Source: a virus (lineage: Duplodnaviria > Heunggongvirae > Uroviricota > Caudoviricetes). From it: DNA of 43,501 nucleotides. Of this stretch, positions 7,952 through 17,162 are shown piece after piece (position 1 is the stretch's first letter; the number at the start of each line of letters is the position of its first letter). The stretch lies in IMG/VR virus record IMGVR_UViG_2547132420_000011. One strand, given 5' to 3'. Below the pieces are notes generated by a model. That model did no database searches, had not been told where the DNA came from, and saw only the letters and a program-made list of their open reading frames with translations. Position numbers and translations under genes: made by a program.

Positions 7952-9022
7952 ATGGCTAACGCCTGGCTCAGATTATGGCATGACATGCCAAATGACCCTA
8001 AGTGGCGAACAATTGCCAGGGTGTCAGGGCAGCCAATTGCAACAGTGATGGCAGTGTATATCCACCTCCTGGTGAGCGCGTCACGAAATGTCACGCGAGG
8101 TCACATTGATGTCACGACAGAAGATTTGGCAAGTGCGCTCGACGTGACAGAAGAGGTAATTGATTCAATTTTGCAGACGATGCAGGGGCGGGTACTTGAT
8201 GGTGATTTAATCACTGGATGGGAAAAACGCCAGGTGCTGAAAGAGGACAACGGCAATATTTCGCAAACCGCAAAATCTCCGGCAGAGCGCAAGAGGGCGC
8301 AGCGAGAGAGGGAAAGAAAGCGGGAACAAAATGGCGATTGTCACGGCGAGTCACGAAATGTCACGCACATGTCACGACGAGTCACGACAGATAAAGATAC
8401 AGATAAAGATACAGATCAAGAAGATCAAAACACTATGGTCCATGGCGTAAAAAACGCCACGAACCAGGCAGGGGATGTTCAGACCGTCAATCTTGGTCAG
8501 CCAGCAGGCACGACACCGGAAGCCGATTCAGCGTATGCGCTGAAAGCCGATTCGGGCGCTGTGCAGCAGGTGATGACCGCAAGGCCGGAGCAATCACACC
8601 AACTGCAGCAGCCCGAAGCCGATTCCGCCATTCAGCGGGAAGCCGATCGGGTAGTCCCGGAAAACACCGGGCAGTCTGTGGGACGAGTGGATTATCCGGA
8701 TGTGTTCGAACAGGTCTGGCGGGAGTACCCGTTGCGTGCTGGGGCAAACCCGAAGAAATCCGCTTTCAGTGCCTGGAAGGCCAGATTACGCGAGGGGGTG
8801 CCACCAGAGGCCATGCTGGATGGCGTGAGGCGTTACGCAAGATACTTGGCGGCTACCGGGAAAACGGGAACGGAATTTGTTCAGCGAGCGACGACGTTTT
8901 TTGGACCGGACCGGAATTTTGAGAACCCCTGGTTGCTCCCGGTAAGCGGCACGAACAACCAGCGTTGTGTGAATCATATTTCTGAACCGGATAACGAAAT
9001 TCCGCCGGGCTTCAGGGGGTAA
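7952..9022 (+). CDS. Replication initiator (O-like functional analogue) carrying iterons within its own gene
   Basis: ORF 7946..9022, ATG at 7952 preceded by GAGG; two in-gene clusters of GTCACG repeats at 10-11 bp spacing followed by an AT-rich segment, as for ori-lambda inside O. Confidence 0.65.
   Translation: MANAWLRLWHDMPNDPKWRTIARVSGQPIATVMAVYIHLLVSASRNVTRGHIDVTTEDLASALDVTEEVIDSILQTMQGRVLDGDLITGWEKRQVLKEDNGNISQTAKSPAERKRAQRERERKREQNGDCHGESRNVTHMSRRVTTDKDTDKDTDQEDQNTMVHGVKNATNQAGDVQTVNLGQPAGTTPEADSAYALKADSGAVQQVMTARPEQSHQLQQPEADSAIQREADRVVPENTGQSVGRVDYPDVFEQVWREYPLRAGANPKKSAFSAWKARLREGVPPEAMLDGVRRYARYLAATGKTGTEFVQRATTFFGPDRNFENPWLLPVSGTNNQRCVNHISEPDNEIPPGFRG
8080..8116. repeat. Iteron cluster 1: four GTCAC(G/A) repeats at 8080, 8090, 8100, 8111
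   Basis: Read directly; spacing 10, 10, 11 bp; encodes SRNVTRGHIDVTT. Confidence 0.6.
8340..8413. repeat. Iteron cluster 2 plus AT-rich direct repeats (putative replication origin)
   Basis: Five GTCACG repeats at 8340, 8350, 8360, 8371, 8381, then tandem GATAAAGATACA x2 (8390-8413). Confidence 0.6.
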
Positions 9023-9062
9023 GTGTTAATTTCTGGTCATGAGGTAATTTTCAGGAGGGCTT

Positions 9063-9485
9063 GTGGCAAAAGTTTTTACACAAGAAGAGCGGGAAAAAAT
9101 TAAAGGGCAGGTTCTTGAACTCGTACGCCAGAGTGGGCGCGAGACGTTACGACAACTGGAAGCTAAAACTGGGGCAACAAGATATCTGATGAGCGTTCTG
9201 GCCAGAGAGCTGGTTGCCAGTGGCGATGTATACAATTCTGGCTACGGGTTATTCCCGTCTGAACAGGCTCGTAAAGACTGGCAAAATGCCCGCAAAAAAT
9301 TATCGAGGGCAAAGCTGAAGAAACCGGTTGTGGTTGATCCGGACCTTATCTGGTCATTACCTGACGGAGAAATACGTCGCTACGACAGTCGCCTAAACAT
9401 AATCTGTCGCGAGTGCCGGAAGAGCGAAGTTATGCAGCGCATATTGTCGTTTTATCAGGGGGATGTTCGGTATTTATTGAAGTGA
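9063..9485 (+). CDS. Hypothetical protein, 140 aa (last gene of replication module before cargo)
   Basis: GTG start preceded by AGGAGG (9053-9058) at 4-nt spacing; basic C-terminal half; no recognisable helicase-loader motifs. Confidence 0.5.
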   Translation: MAKVFTQEEREKIKGQVLELVRQSGRETLRQLEAKTGATRYLMSVLARELVASGDVYNSGYGLFPSEQARKDWQNARKKLSRAKLKKPVVVDPDLIWSLPDGEIRRYDSRLNIICRECRKSEVMQRILSFYQGDVRYLLK

Positions 9486-9819
9486 CGAGATTAAAGTGCA
9501 TTAGTTCAGATGCAAATTGACATTTTGTGGCACAGGGTAGAGCTAGCGTGGTTGTCCGCTTTGTGCCAAGAGCAGACGCTGGTAATTCGTGCCTAATATA
9601 CTTCACTTAACTTATATCCCAGCTTTGATACAGATCATACAAATTAAATGCCCCAGTAATTGGCAGGCTGAGTAACTTAAAACTCCTTAGAATATAGGAT
9701 GATTTGTATCGGCACTCATTCCACCATGCATTCCGATTAACCCCGCATAGCCAGTTGAACTTTGCTACTCTGTGAGAGGTAGTACCTTCTATCCAGTGCG
9801 GATTTAATTAATGGAATAA

Positions 9820-11823
9820 ATGATTATGAGTGAAAATGATACAACCCCAAAGAAGTCTACAAGCCAGATTAACAAAGCGGTATTCTTTACATCTGCTTTG
9901 CTAATTTTCCTTCTTGTCGCCTTTGCCGCCGTATTCCCGGATGTCGCCGACAAAAATTTTAAACTACTTCAGCAACAAATCTTCACGAATGCCAGCTGGT
10001 TCTACATACTTGCTGTGGCCCTGATTTTACTGAGCGTCACGTTCCTTGGACTCTCACGTTACGGTGATATAAAGCTGGGCCCAGACCATGCGCAGCCTGA
10101 TTTCAGCTACCACTCCTGGTTCGCGATGCTTTTTTCGGCAGGGATGGGGATCGGCCTGATGTTCTTTGGCGTTGCCGAACCTGTGATGCATTATCTTTCG
10201 CCACCTGTCGGCACTCCAGAGACCGTTGCGGCAGCGAAGGAAGCCATGCGCCTGACGTTCTTCCACTGGGGTCTGCACGCATGGGCAATTTATGCCATCG
10301 TGGCGCTGATTCTGGCCTTTTTCAGTTACCGTCACGGTCTGCCTTTAACGCTGCGTTCTGCGCTCTATCCCATTATCGGCGATCGCATTTACGGGCCTAT
10401 AGGCCACGCGGTTGATATCTTCGCCGTGATAGGCACTGTCTTTGGCGTTGCAACATCGCTGGGTTACGGTGTATTGCAGGTGAATGCCGGTTTGAACCAT
10501 CTTTTCGGCGTGCCCATCAATGAAACGGTACAGGTCATTTTGATCGTGGTCATCACGGGGTTAGCGACGATTTCGGTGGTGTCCGGCCTGGACAAGGGAA
10601 TACGCATCCTGTCTGAGCTTAATCTGGGCCTGGCGGTGTTGCTCCTGGCGCTGGTCTTGTGCCTGGGTCCCACTGTGCTTCTGCTGAAGTCATTTGTGGA
10701 AAATACGGGTGGTTATCTGTCGGAACTGGTGAGTAAAACGTTCAACCTTTACGCGTATGAACCCAAGTCGAGCAACTGGCTGGGGGGCTGGACATTATTA
10801 TACTGGGGATGGTGGCTTTCATGGTCGCCGTTTGTAGGTATGTTCATTGCACGCGTTTCCCGCGGCAGGACAATTCGTGAGTTCGTGACTGGCGTGTTGT
10901 TTGTTCCCGCCGGCTTTACGCTCATGTGGATGACGGTGTTTGGAAACAGCGCCATCTATCTCATCATGAACCAGGGCGCCACTGACCTCGCCAATACCGT
11001 TCAGCAGGATGTTGCGCTTGCCCTGTTTAATTTCCTGGAGCATTTCCCGTTCTCTTCCGTGCTGTCATTCATTGCAATGGCGATGGTCATCGTCTTCTTT
11101 GTAACGTCTGCTGATTCGGGGGCAATGGTTGTGGATACTCTGGCATCAGGTGGGGTGGCAAACACGCCCGTCTGGCAGCGAATTTTCTGGGCATCGCTCA
11201 TGGGCGTTGTTGCTATTGCCCTGCTGATCGCAGGGGGGCTGAGTGCGTTGCAAACCGTAACGATAGCGAGTGCATTGCCCTTCTCAGTTATCTTATTAAT
11301 ATCCATATACGGACTGTTAAAAGCCCTGCGTCGGGATTTGACCAAGCGTGAAAGCCTTAGCATGGCGACTATTGCTCCTACGGCTGCACGTAACCCAATT
11401 CCCTGGCAGAGAAGGTTACGCAATATCGCGTATTTGCCGAAGCGCTCTCTTGTGAAACGTTTTATGGACGACATTATCCACCCCGCCATGACGCTGGTTC
11501 AGGAGGAACTTAACAAGCAGGGAACGATAAGCCACATCAGTGACGCCGCCGAGGATCGTATTCGCCTTGAAGTCGATTTGGGCAACGAGCTGAATTATAT
11601 ATATGAAGTGAGGCTTCGCGGGTATAACTCACCGACCTTCGCGCTCGCTGCGCTGGATAATGATGAGCAGCAGAGTGAACAACATCGATATTATCGCGCT
11701 GAAGTCTATCTCAAAGAGGGCGGCCAAAATTATGATGTAATGGGCTGGAATCAGGAACAGCTGATTAATGACATACTGGACCAGTACGAAAAACACCTGC
11801 ACTTCCTGCATCTGGTTCGTTAA
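9820..11823 (+). CDS. BCCT-family transporter, BetT-like (choline/betaine/carnitine)
   Basis: 667 aa, multiple TM helices; motifs GIGLMFFGVAEP and WTLLYWGWWLSWSPFVGMFIARVSRGRTIREF typical of BCCT transporters; hydrophilic C-terminal tail as in BetT; ATG at 9826 is an alternative start. Confidence 0.85.
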   Translation: MIMSENDTTPKKSTSQINKAVFFTSALLIFLLVAFAAVFPDVADKNFKLLQQQIFTNASWFYILAVALILLSVTFLGLSRYGDIKLGPDHAQPDFSYHSWFAMLFSAGMGIGLMFFGVAEPVMHYLSPPVGTPETVAAAKEAMRLTFFHWGLHAWAIYAIVALILAFFSYRHGLPLTLRSALYPIIGDRIYGPIGHAVDIFAVIGTVFGVATSLGYGVLQVNAGLNHLFGVPINETVQVILIVVITGLATISVVSGLDKGIRILSELNLGLAVLLLALVLCLGPTVLLLKSFVENTGGYLSELVSKTFNLYAYEPKSSNWLGGWTLLYWGWWLSWSPFVGMFIARVSRGRTIREFVTGVLFVPAGFTLMWMTVFGNSAIYLIMNQGATDLANTVQQDVALALFNFLEHFPFSSVLSFIAMAMVIVFFVTSADSGAMVVDTLASGGVANTPVWQRIFWASLMGVVAIALLIAGGLSALQTVTIASALPFSVILLISIYGLLKALRRDLTKRESLSMATIAPTAARNPIPWQRRLRNIAYLPKRSLVKRFMDDIIHPAMTLVQEELNKQGTISHISDAAEDRIRLEVDLGNELNYIYEVRLRGYNSPTFALAALDNDEQQSEQHRYYRAEVYLKEGGQNYDVMGWNQEQLINDILDQYEKHLHFLHLVR

Positions 11824-11886
11824 CAGCAACATGCCGCCACAGAGGCGGCATTTATTTATCCCGGCTGCAATATGAGGGAATGCAGA

Positions 11887-13164
11887 ATGATTTCACGCTG
11901 GAAATGGATGCTGAAGCAGACATTTAAAAAACTATGGTTCAGGGCAACGTTATTCGCAATTGTCGCAATAATAACGGCCCTTTTATCAATTCTTTTTAAA
12001 TCAATGATACCTGAGTCGGTTTCCGTGAAGGTTGGTGCGGAAGCAGTCGATAACATTCTGAACATACTGGCATCGAGTATGCTGGCAGTGACCACATTTT
12101 CGCTGAGCATCATGGTCACAGCCTACGGTTCAGCCACTACTAATGTGACTCCCAGAGCTACTCGTTTAGTTGTTGAAGACGTCACCACACAAAATGTACT
12201 GGCCACCTTCATCGGTTCTTTTCTCTTCAGTCTGGTAGGGATTATTGCCCTCAATATGGGAGCTTATGGAGAAAGGGGGAGAGTCATTTTATTCATTGTA
12301 ACACTGGTTGTCATTGCCTTAATCCTCATCACATTGCTTCGCTGGATACAGCATTTGACCTCTCTGGGGAGGGTTGGTGAGACAACGGCAAAAGTAGAAC
12401 AGGCGGCCATCGAAACATTTATTGCGAGAGCAAGAAATCCCTGTCTCGGCGGATATCCATGGCTTGAGAACAATGAACAGCCGAAAGGAACGGTTGCAGT
12501 TTATCCGAAAAAGATTGGCTATATTGAATATGTTGATATGGTGAAACTCAGCAAGCTGCTGACCAATGATCCCCGTCATGTATACCTCGTGGCGCAGCCG
12601 GGCAGTTTCATACATCCGTCCACGCCAGTTTTGTACCTGAGTCAGGGCCAGGAGTCATCAATCAGCACCGATTTACTTGAGACGATTATTGTCTCGGATG
12701 TACGTTCATTTGCTCAGGACCCCCGATTTTGTCTTAGCGTCATGGCCGAAATAGCCTGCCGAGCCCTTTCCCCCGCAGTGAACGATCCTGGAACCGCCAT
12801 TGATGTCATTGGCAGAGGTGTACGTATACTTTCCGCTTACGCGCAGAATAAATCTGATGAAATAGAAGTGAAATATCCTTCTGTACATGTTGCACCACTT
12901 CAGAATAACGATCTACTTGAAGACTTTTTCTCACCTGTTGCGCGCGATGGTGCCAGTATGAGGGAAATTCAGATAAGGGTACTTAAAGGACTGTCGATGC
13001 TGAGTAAGGGTTGGCCTGGAATTTTTGCTGAAGCCGCACAAACCCTAGCATTTGAAACATTAGAGCATGCTACTCGTGCTGACCATATAGATTCTGACAG
13101 ATATCTAATAAAATCAATTTATTATAATTTATTTAGTGGCGAAGATTCTAATAAAAAACCATAG
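11887..13164 (+). CDS. Membrane protein with N-terminal TM helices and soluble C-terminal domain (DUF2254-like, from memory)
   Basis: ORF 11872..13164; ATG at 11887 has a better GAGGGA spacing; four predicted TM segments in the first 170 aa. Confidence 0.65.
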   Translation: MISRWKWMLKQTFKKLWFRATLFAIVAIITALLSILFKSMIPESVSVKVGAEAVDNILNILASSMLAVTTFSLSIMVTAYGSATTNVTPRATRLVVEDVTTQNVLATFIGSFLFSLVGIIALNMGAYGERGRVILFIVTLVVIALILITLLRWIQHLTSLGRVGETTAKVEQAAIETFIARARNPCLGGYPWLENNEQPKGTVAVYPKKIGYIEYVDMVKLSKLLTNDPRHVYLVAQPGSFIHPSTPVLYLSQGQESSISTDLLETIIVSDVRSFAQDPRFCLSVMAEIACRALSPAVNDPGTAIDVIGRGVRILSAYAQNKSDEIEVKYPSVHVAPLQNNDLLEDFFSPVARDGASMREIQIRVLKGLSMLSKGWPGIFAEAAQTLAFETLEHATRADHIDSDRYLIKSIYYNLFSGEDSNKKP

Positions 13165-13294
13165 TTGCGGAGCAAGCGATACGGTTGTTGGCAAGTCAAG
13201 GGCAAAGCATTCGCGTGAGAGTGGGCGTCTGCTTTGTGCCAGAAGCGGACATACGTAACTTATGATACGCATCGCCAATCATCCGTTTCAAACA

Positions 13295-14176
13295 TCAACG
13301 CGGAAACGTTTTAAGAATGTAATCCCGAACATAGGCGGTTCGGCTGTTATTAGCCGTCCTTTTGTTCCAGACCAGATAAAGATGATTAGTCGGAGCGAGG
13401 TCTGCAGGTGTCACTGAAATCAGGCGACCACTTTTCAGGTCATTGTCACAGTGATAATCCGGCAGCACTGTCCACCCGTGGCCGTCACAGACCAAGTCGC
13501 GGATAATACGTAAATCCGGAATGGTGAATGTAGCCTGCATCTCAGGGGCTCTCTGAAACATGGAGGCCCAGAGCGCTCTAATCAGTGGCAACTCTTCGTC
13601 ATAAGCAATCAGCGGTAATGAGGCAAGCGTTTCAGCACCAGGTTCTGATCCGATGATCTCTGACATGGCGGGAGCATGAACAAGGAGCATGCGTTCAGTC
13701 AGTAGATGTGCATAGCCGTACAGACGGTCATCAGGCATAGATGCGGTAACAGCGAGATCGGCGCTCCCGTCATGCAAAAGGGAATAAATACGTTGCTTAT
13801 TGCCGGTATGAAAGCGTAGGCGATACCCCTCCTTCATTAGTGGAGCCATTACTGTCCCAAGCCGGGAATGAATAAAATCTGGCGGTCCTGCCAGATTAAT
13901 TGTTCCCCCACGTACAGAGCCTGACCGGAAAGAGGACAGCTTTTCTTCCAGACCATCAATGAAGGGTGAAACTGAGCGGGCAAGCTCATCCGCAGCTTCG
14001 GTTGCCGTCACGCCTCTGGCCTGCCTGATAAACAGACGCTTACCAACCAGAGTCTCAAGAGACTGGATATGCTGTGACGCCGCGGGCTGAGTGATGCCCA
14101 GTAGTTCTGCCGCCTTTGAAAAGGAGCCAGAGCGATAGGCCTCAAGAAACGTTCGCAGATGGCTCAGATGGCTCAT
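13295..14176 (-). CDS. LysR-family transcriptional regulator
   Basis: 293 aa; N-terminal HTH (SFSKAAELLGITQPAASQHIQSLE), LysR substrate-binding-like C-terminal domain; start overlaps the upstream ChaC-like gene stop. Confidence 0.85.
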   Translation of the reverse strand: MSHLSHLRTFLEAYRSGSFSKAAELLGITQPAASQHIQSLETLVGKRLFIRQARGVTATEAADELARSVSPFIDGLEEKLSSFRSGSVRGGTINLAGPPDFIHSRLGTVMAPLMKEGYRLRFHTGNKQRIYSLLHDGSADLAVTASMPDDRLYGYAHLLTERMLLVHAPAMSEIIGSEPGAETLASLPLIAYDEELPLIRALWASMFQRAPEMQATFTIPDLRIIRDLVCDGHGWTVLPDYHCDNDLKSGRLISVTPADLAPTNHLYLVWNKRTANNSRTAYVRDYILKTFPR

Positions 14177-14865
14177 AGTGAAGCGCCTCGCTGATGAAGT
14201 TTATCGTTACAGGGAGCCTCATGCAGAGCAAGGGCCAGTTCACTCACGTAATCATCCCGTATTCCCAACGCACCCAGAGTGGCCTGCAGTTTCCATACAT
14301 AATCTGCATTCGTGCCAATGTCTCCACGGGCAGATGCGATGCTCAACGCTACGGTCGCTGTAAGATTGTCCTGTTCATAATGCGGATGCAGTCTGTCTGA
14401 TACGAAAGCCAGCGCCTGAATTTCCTTACCGTTTCCTAGCGAAACGTCTGCCCAGACCGGACGGTAAAGACCGGTTATCATCTCGCGCGTCCAGACAATT
14501 TCCAGCTCATTAATAAGAGTCGATTCCGGCAGTCTGAACGCAATACCTTCGGTAATTCCACCTTCGTCGAGCGATAACATCCTGCCGGGGACATCAGGAG
14601 TCGCTCGTCCGGATATCAAACGAATGCAGAAACTGCGCTGCCATCCTTTCAGACGGGCCCGTTGCATTTCTTCAATCGCCAGCACGGGATTCCACATCAA
14701 TGACCCGTAGGCAAATATCCAGACAGGAGCACCCGTCGGGCGCTCCTCCAGAGTAGAGTTCATTGATGCGCGTATTTTTTCAGCGTCCCAGAGCATATTC
14801 GCCGGGAGCAGCGCTTCATGCACCCTGACAAATGTGCCATTAAGCATATTTTCACGGGTAAGCAT
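14173..14865 (-). CDS. ChaC-like gamma-glutamylcyclotransferase
   Basis: 230 aa; motif FAYGSLMWNP characteristic of the ChaC family. Confidence 0.8.
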   Translation of the reverse strand: MLTRENMLNGTFVRVHEALLPANMLWDAEKIRASMNSTLEERPTGAPVWIFAYGSLMWNPVLAIEEMQRARLKGWQRSFCIRLISGRATPDVPGRMLSLDEGGITEGIAFRLPESTLINELEIVWTREMITGLYRPVWADVSLGNGKEIQALAFVSDRLHPHYEQDNLTATVALSIASARGDIGTNADYVWKLQATLGALGIRDDYVSELALALHEAPCNDKLHQRGASL

Positions 14866-14876
14866 ATAACCTCCCT

Positions 14877-16076
14877 TTACTGGCCTACGATTTTAACCTG
14901 TTGAAATTTACGACTGTGGCTGCGACGGATTTGTGCAAGCAGCAACAGCAGGCCGAGCAGAGAAACAATCGCACCGCTGATACCGGTATACACGATACCG
15001 GCGTGGCTTATAGTAATGCTGCCCAGTACTGATCCCAGCGCTATACCTGAGTTGAAGCCCGCAATATTCAGGCCGGCAGCAACACCATGCGCATGAGGAG
15101 CATGTTGCTCAGCGACACCAATCAGACGGGCCTGCAGTGCCGGCACTGCGGCAAATGTCACCATACCCAGTAGCGCAACCAGAATGCCCATGCTCACCGG
15201 TGAGGATGACAGCAGCCACATACCAAGCACGACAACAACAATGCCGCTAATGATGAGTATATTGGCACGATTAACCCCCATGCTGTCGGTAAGTTTCCCA
15301 CCAAGAATATTACCTACCGCAGCTGTAATACCGTAAACCAGCATAAACAGACTCACCGTTGCTCCGGTAACCCCTGTCACCTGCGTCAGAATAGGTGCGA
15401 TAAAGGTGTAATCCGTAAACGAGCCTGCATACGCCAGCACCGTAACCAGCGCGCCGGCCAGCAACTTACGGTTAAACAGCATGCCGATATTCTGCATTGC
15501 TGAGTCACTATGTTCACCGGGCACGCTGCGTACGGGATCTTTCATACCGAACAACAGTCCAAGGAATCCGAACGCGCCAAAAGCGGCAATAGCGCCGAGA
15601 ACTGGACGCCATGAGACCACCCCCCCCAACCATGTACTCAGCGGTACGCCGATTGCCATCGCCAGAGTAAAGCCACCAAATACCACAGCCACCGCTCTGC
15701 CTGCTTTACCCGGTCCAGCAAGACGAGCTGCGGTACTGGATGCCGCAGCCAGAAACAGGCCGTGTCCCAGACCAGCAATGAACCGCGCTAACAGGAGCTG
15801 AGGTAATGTGGCTGCAAACGCGGCCGCCAGACTACCGGCAGTAAACACAACGGCAGTTGTAAGCATTACATTTTTCCGGCTCCAGCTTGCTGTCAGCGCA
15901 GACAGTACGGGTGCCGCGAACGTTGCCCCCAGTGCATAGGTTGTAACCGCTGCCCCGGTCTGCTCCACACCCACACACAACCCCTGAGCCATAACGTCTG
16001 TCAGCCCAATGGGGACAAATTCCGCGAGTCCGAGCGCAAAGGCACTGATAGTAAACACATAAATAACAAATGGCAT
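14877..16076 (-). CDS. MFS transporter
   Basis: 399 aa, about 12 TM helices, Gly/Ala-rich hydrophobic composition typical of the major facilitator superfamily. Confidence 0.85.
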   Translation of the reverse strand: MPFVIYVFTISAFALGLAEFVPIGLTDVMAQGLCVGVEQTGAAVTTYALGATFAAPVLSALTASWSRKNVMLTTAVVFTAGSLAAAFAATLPQLLLARFIAGLGHGLFLAAASSTAARLAGPGKAGRAVAVVFGGFTLAMAIGVPLSTWLGGVVSWRPVLGAIAAFGAFGFLGLLFGMKDPVRSVPGEHSDSAMQNIGMLFNRKLLAGALVTVLAYAGSFTDYTFIAPILTQVTGVTGATVSLFMLVYGITAAVGNILGGKLTDSMGVNRANILIISGIVVVVLGMWLLSSSPVSMGILVALLGMVTFAAVPALQARLIGVAEQHAPHAHGVAAGLNIAGFNSGIALGSVLGSITISHAGIVYTGISGAIVSLLGLLLLLAQIRRSHSRKFQQVKIVGQ

Positions 16077-16495
16077 GACTGGCTCCTGATTTAAGTAAGG
16101 AGTGCAGTCTGATTTAGAAAAACAGATAAATAAAATAATGTAAACTTCAGGCGGGATAAAATTATTTATATCTAAGGCAAAGATTCAATATTCCCACAGC
16201 ACACAGAAGTTTTCTGTCTTCAGGGAGAGGAGCTTCGAAAGTTCAGACGAAAAATTCCTGCGGCCCCTTTAAGAGTCAGTTGGCCGGGTTTGGTCCGCTC
16301 CTCGCTCAAAGCGGACTAGAAGGTTAGCTTGCGTCGGACTTGGCGTATTTAAAGAAGTGCTGGTGGTGACTGGTTGTTGTGTTCCATTTCTACAGAACAA
16401 AATCACAGAAACTATACCCAATAGTTATATTGAATCAATGATGAGACAGCCTCATATTTATCAGAACTGGTGTACGTCCAATACAGGAGGTTGTC

Positions 16496-16585
16496 GTGCT
16501 GGTTCTCAAATGTGCGCTAGCTATTGCGGCTGTAATGGCAATTTATTGTCTTGCTGTTGTTCTTATGGAGCGGCTTTCTGATTGA
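16496..16585 (+). CDS. Candidate small hydrophobic membrane peptide (29 aa)
   Basis: GTG at 16496 preceded by AGGAGG (16485-16490) at 5-nt spacing; translation MLVLKCALAIAAVMAIYCLAVVLMERLSD is a single TM helix with charged C-terminus; stop TGA 16583-16585. Confidence 0.3.
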   Translation: MLVLKCALAIAAVMAIYCLAVVLMERLSD

Positions 16586-16799
16586 TTACATACTGGCTAG
16601 AAAAAAGGTGTTACCTTGGTTTATCTTTGTCCGGCAAGGTGCGCTCATTAATCTTAAGTAAATTTATTGCTCAAGTATTCAGATTACTTCTTATGGTTGA
16701 AGTCTCCTGTCAATGTAGAACCAATATATTTACAAAAATGAGACCCGTCGGGGATAGCCCTGCCGGGTCTGACTGTTAAAGCATTTTTAATATGATCAT

Positions 16800-17162
16800 C
16801 TATTTTTTGGTGCTATAGACTTTTTCGCCCGAGAAGTCTGGAGCGACCCAAAAGTTAATATTAAACTGAGCATCATCGCTTAGTTCAACACGGTGCCAGT
16901 ATTGTGGTGGGCTTGTTGCAAAAGCGCCAGCATTAATGACTACTTTTATCTCCGGTTCAGTAGCATTCTCATCAGTAAAACCATAATATGTTACAGTGCC
17001 TTCCATTACGCACAACTGCCCAAAAACACCTGCTGCTGTATTATGATGTGTTAATAACGCTGAAGGTACGTTCTCTTTTGTGAAGAACGGAGTTGAGCGT
17101 TTGATTACCCAATCTTTAGGAATTCTCTTGTGTGTCATAACCACCTCATCAAAAACATGCAT
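16800..17162 (-). CDS. yeaR: YeaR-like protein (DUF1971 family)
   Basis: 120 aa; resembles E. coli YeaR by size and motifs (KRSTPFF, FW/FNINFWVAP) from memory; hairpin plus T-run downstream on the minus strand. Confidence 0.7.
   Translation of the reverse strand: MHVFDEVVMTHKRIPKDWVIKRSTPFFTKENVPSALLTHHNTAAGVFGQLCVMEGTVTYYGFTDENATEPEIKVVINAGAFATSPPQYWHRVELSDDAQFNINFWVAPDFSGEKVYSTKK

Noticed and set aside
8080-8413. Possible CRISPR array suggested by regularly spaced short repeats
   Set aside because: Repeat unit is only 6 bp with 4-5 bp spacers, lies inside a coding gene, and there are no cas genes; pattern fits iterons
9554-13250. Two similar 26-bp motifs (9554-9579 and 13225-13250, core GCTTTGTGCCA) flanking the BetT-like and DUF2254-like genes
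   Set aside because: Similarity is about 16-19 of 21 positions with rearranged flanks; this is close to the chance expectation for a 43-kb window and there are no target-site duplications or transposase genes
16357-16581. 74-aa Cys/Gly-rich ORF resembling a microcin-like peptide
   Set aside because: Composition is best explained as an alternate reading frame of GC-rich codons of the overlapping SD-supported 29-aa hydrophobic peptide frame; no ribosome-binding site or leader peptide features of class II microcins
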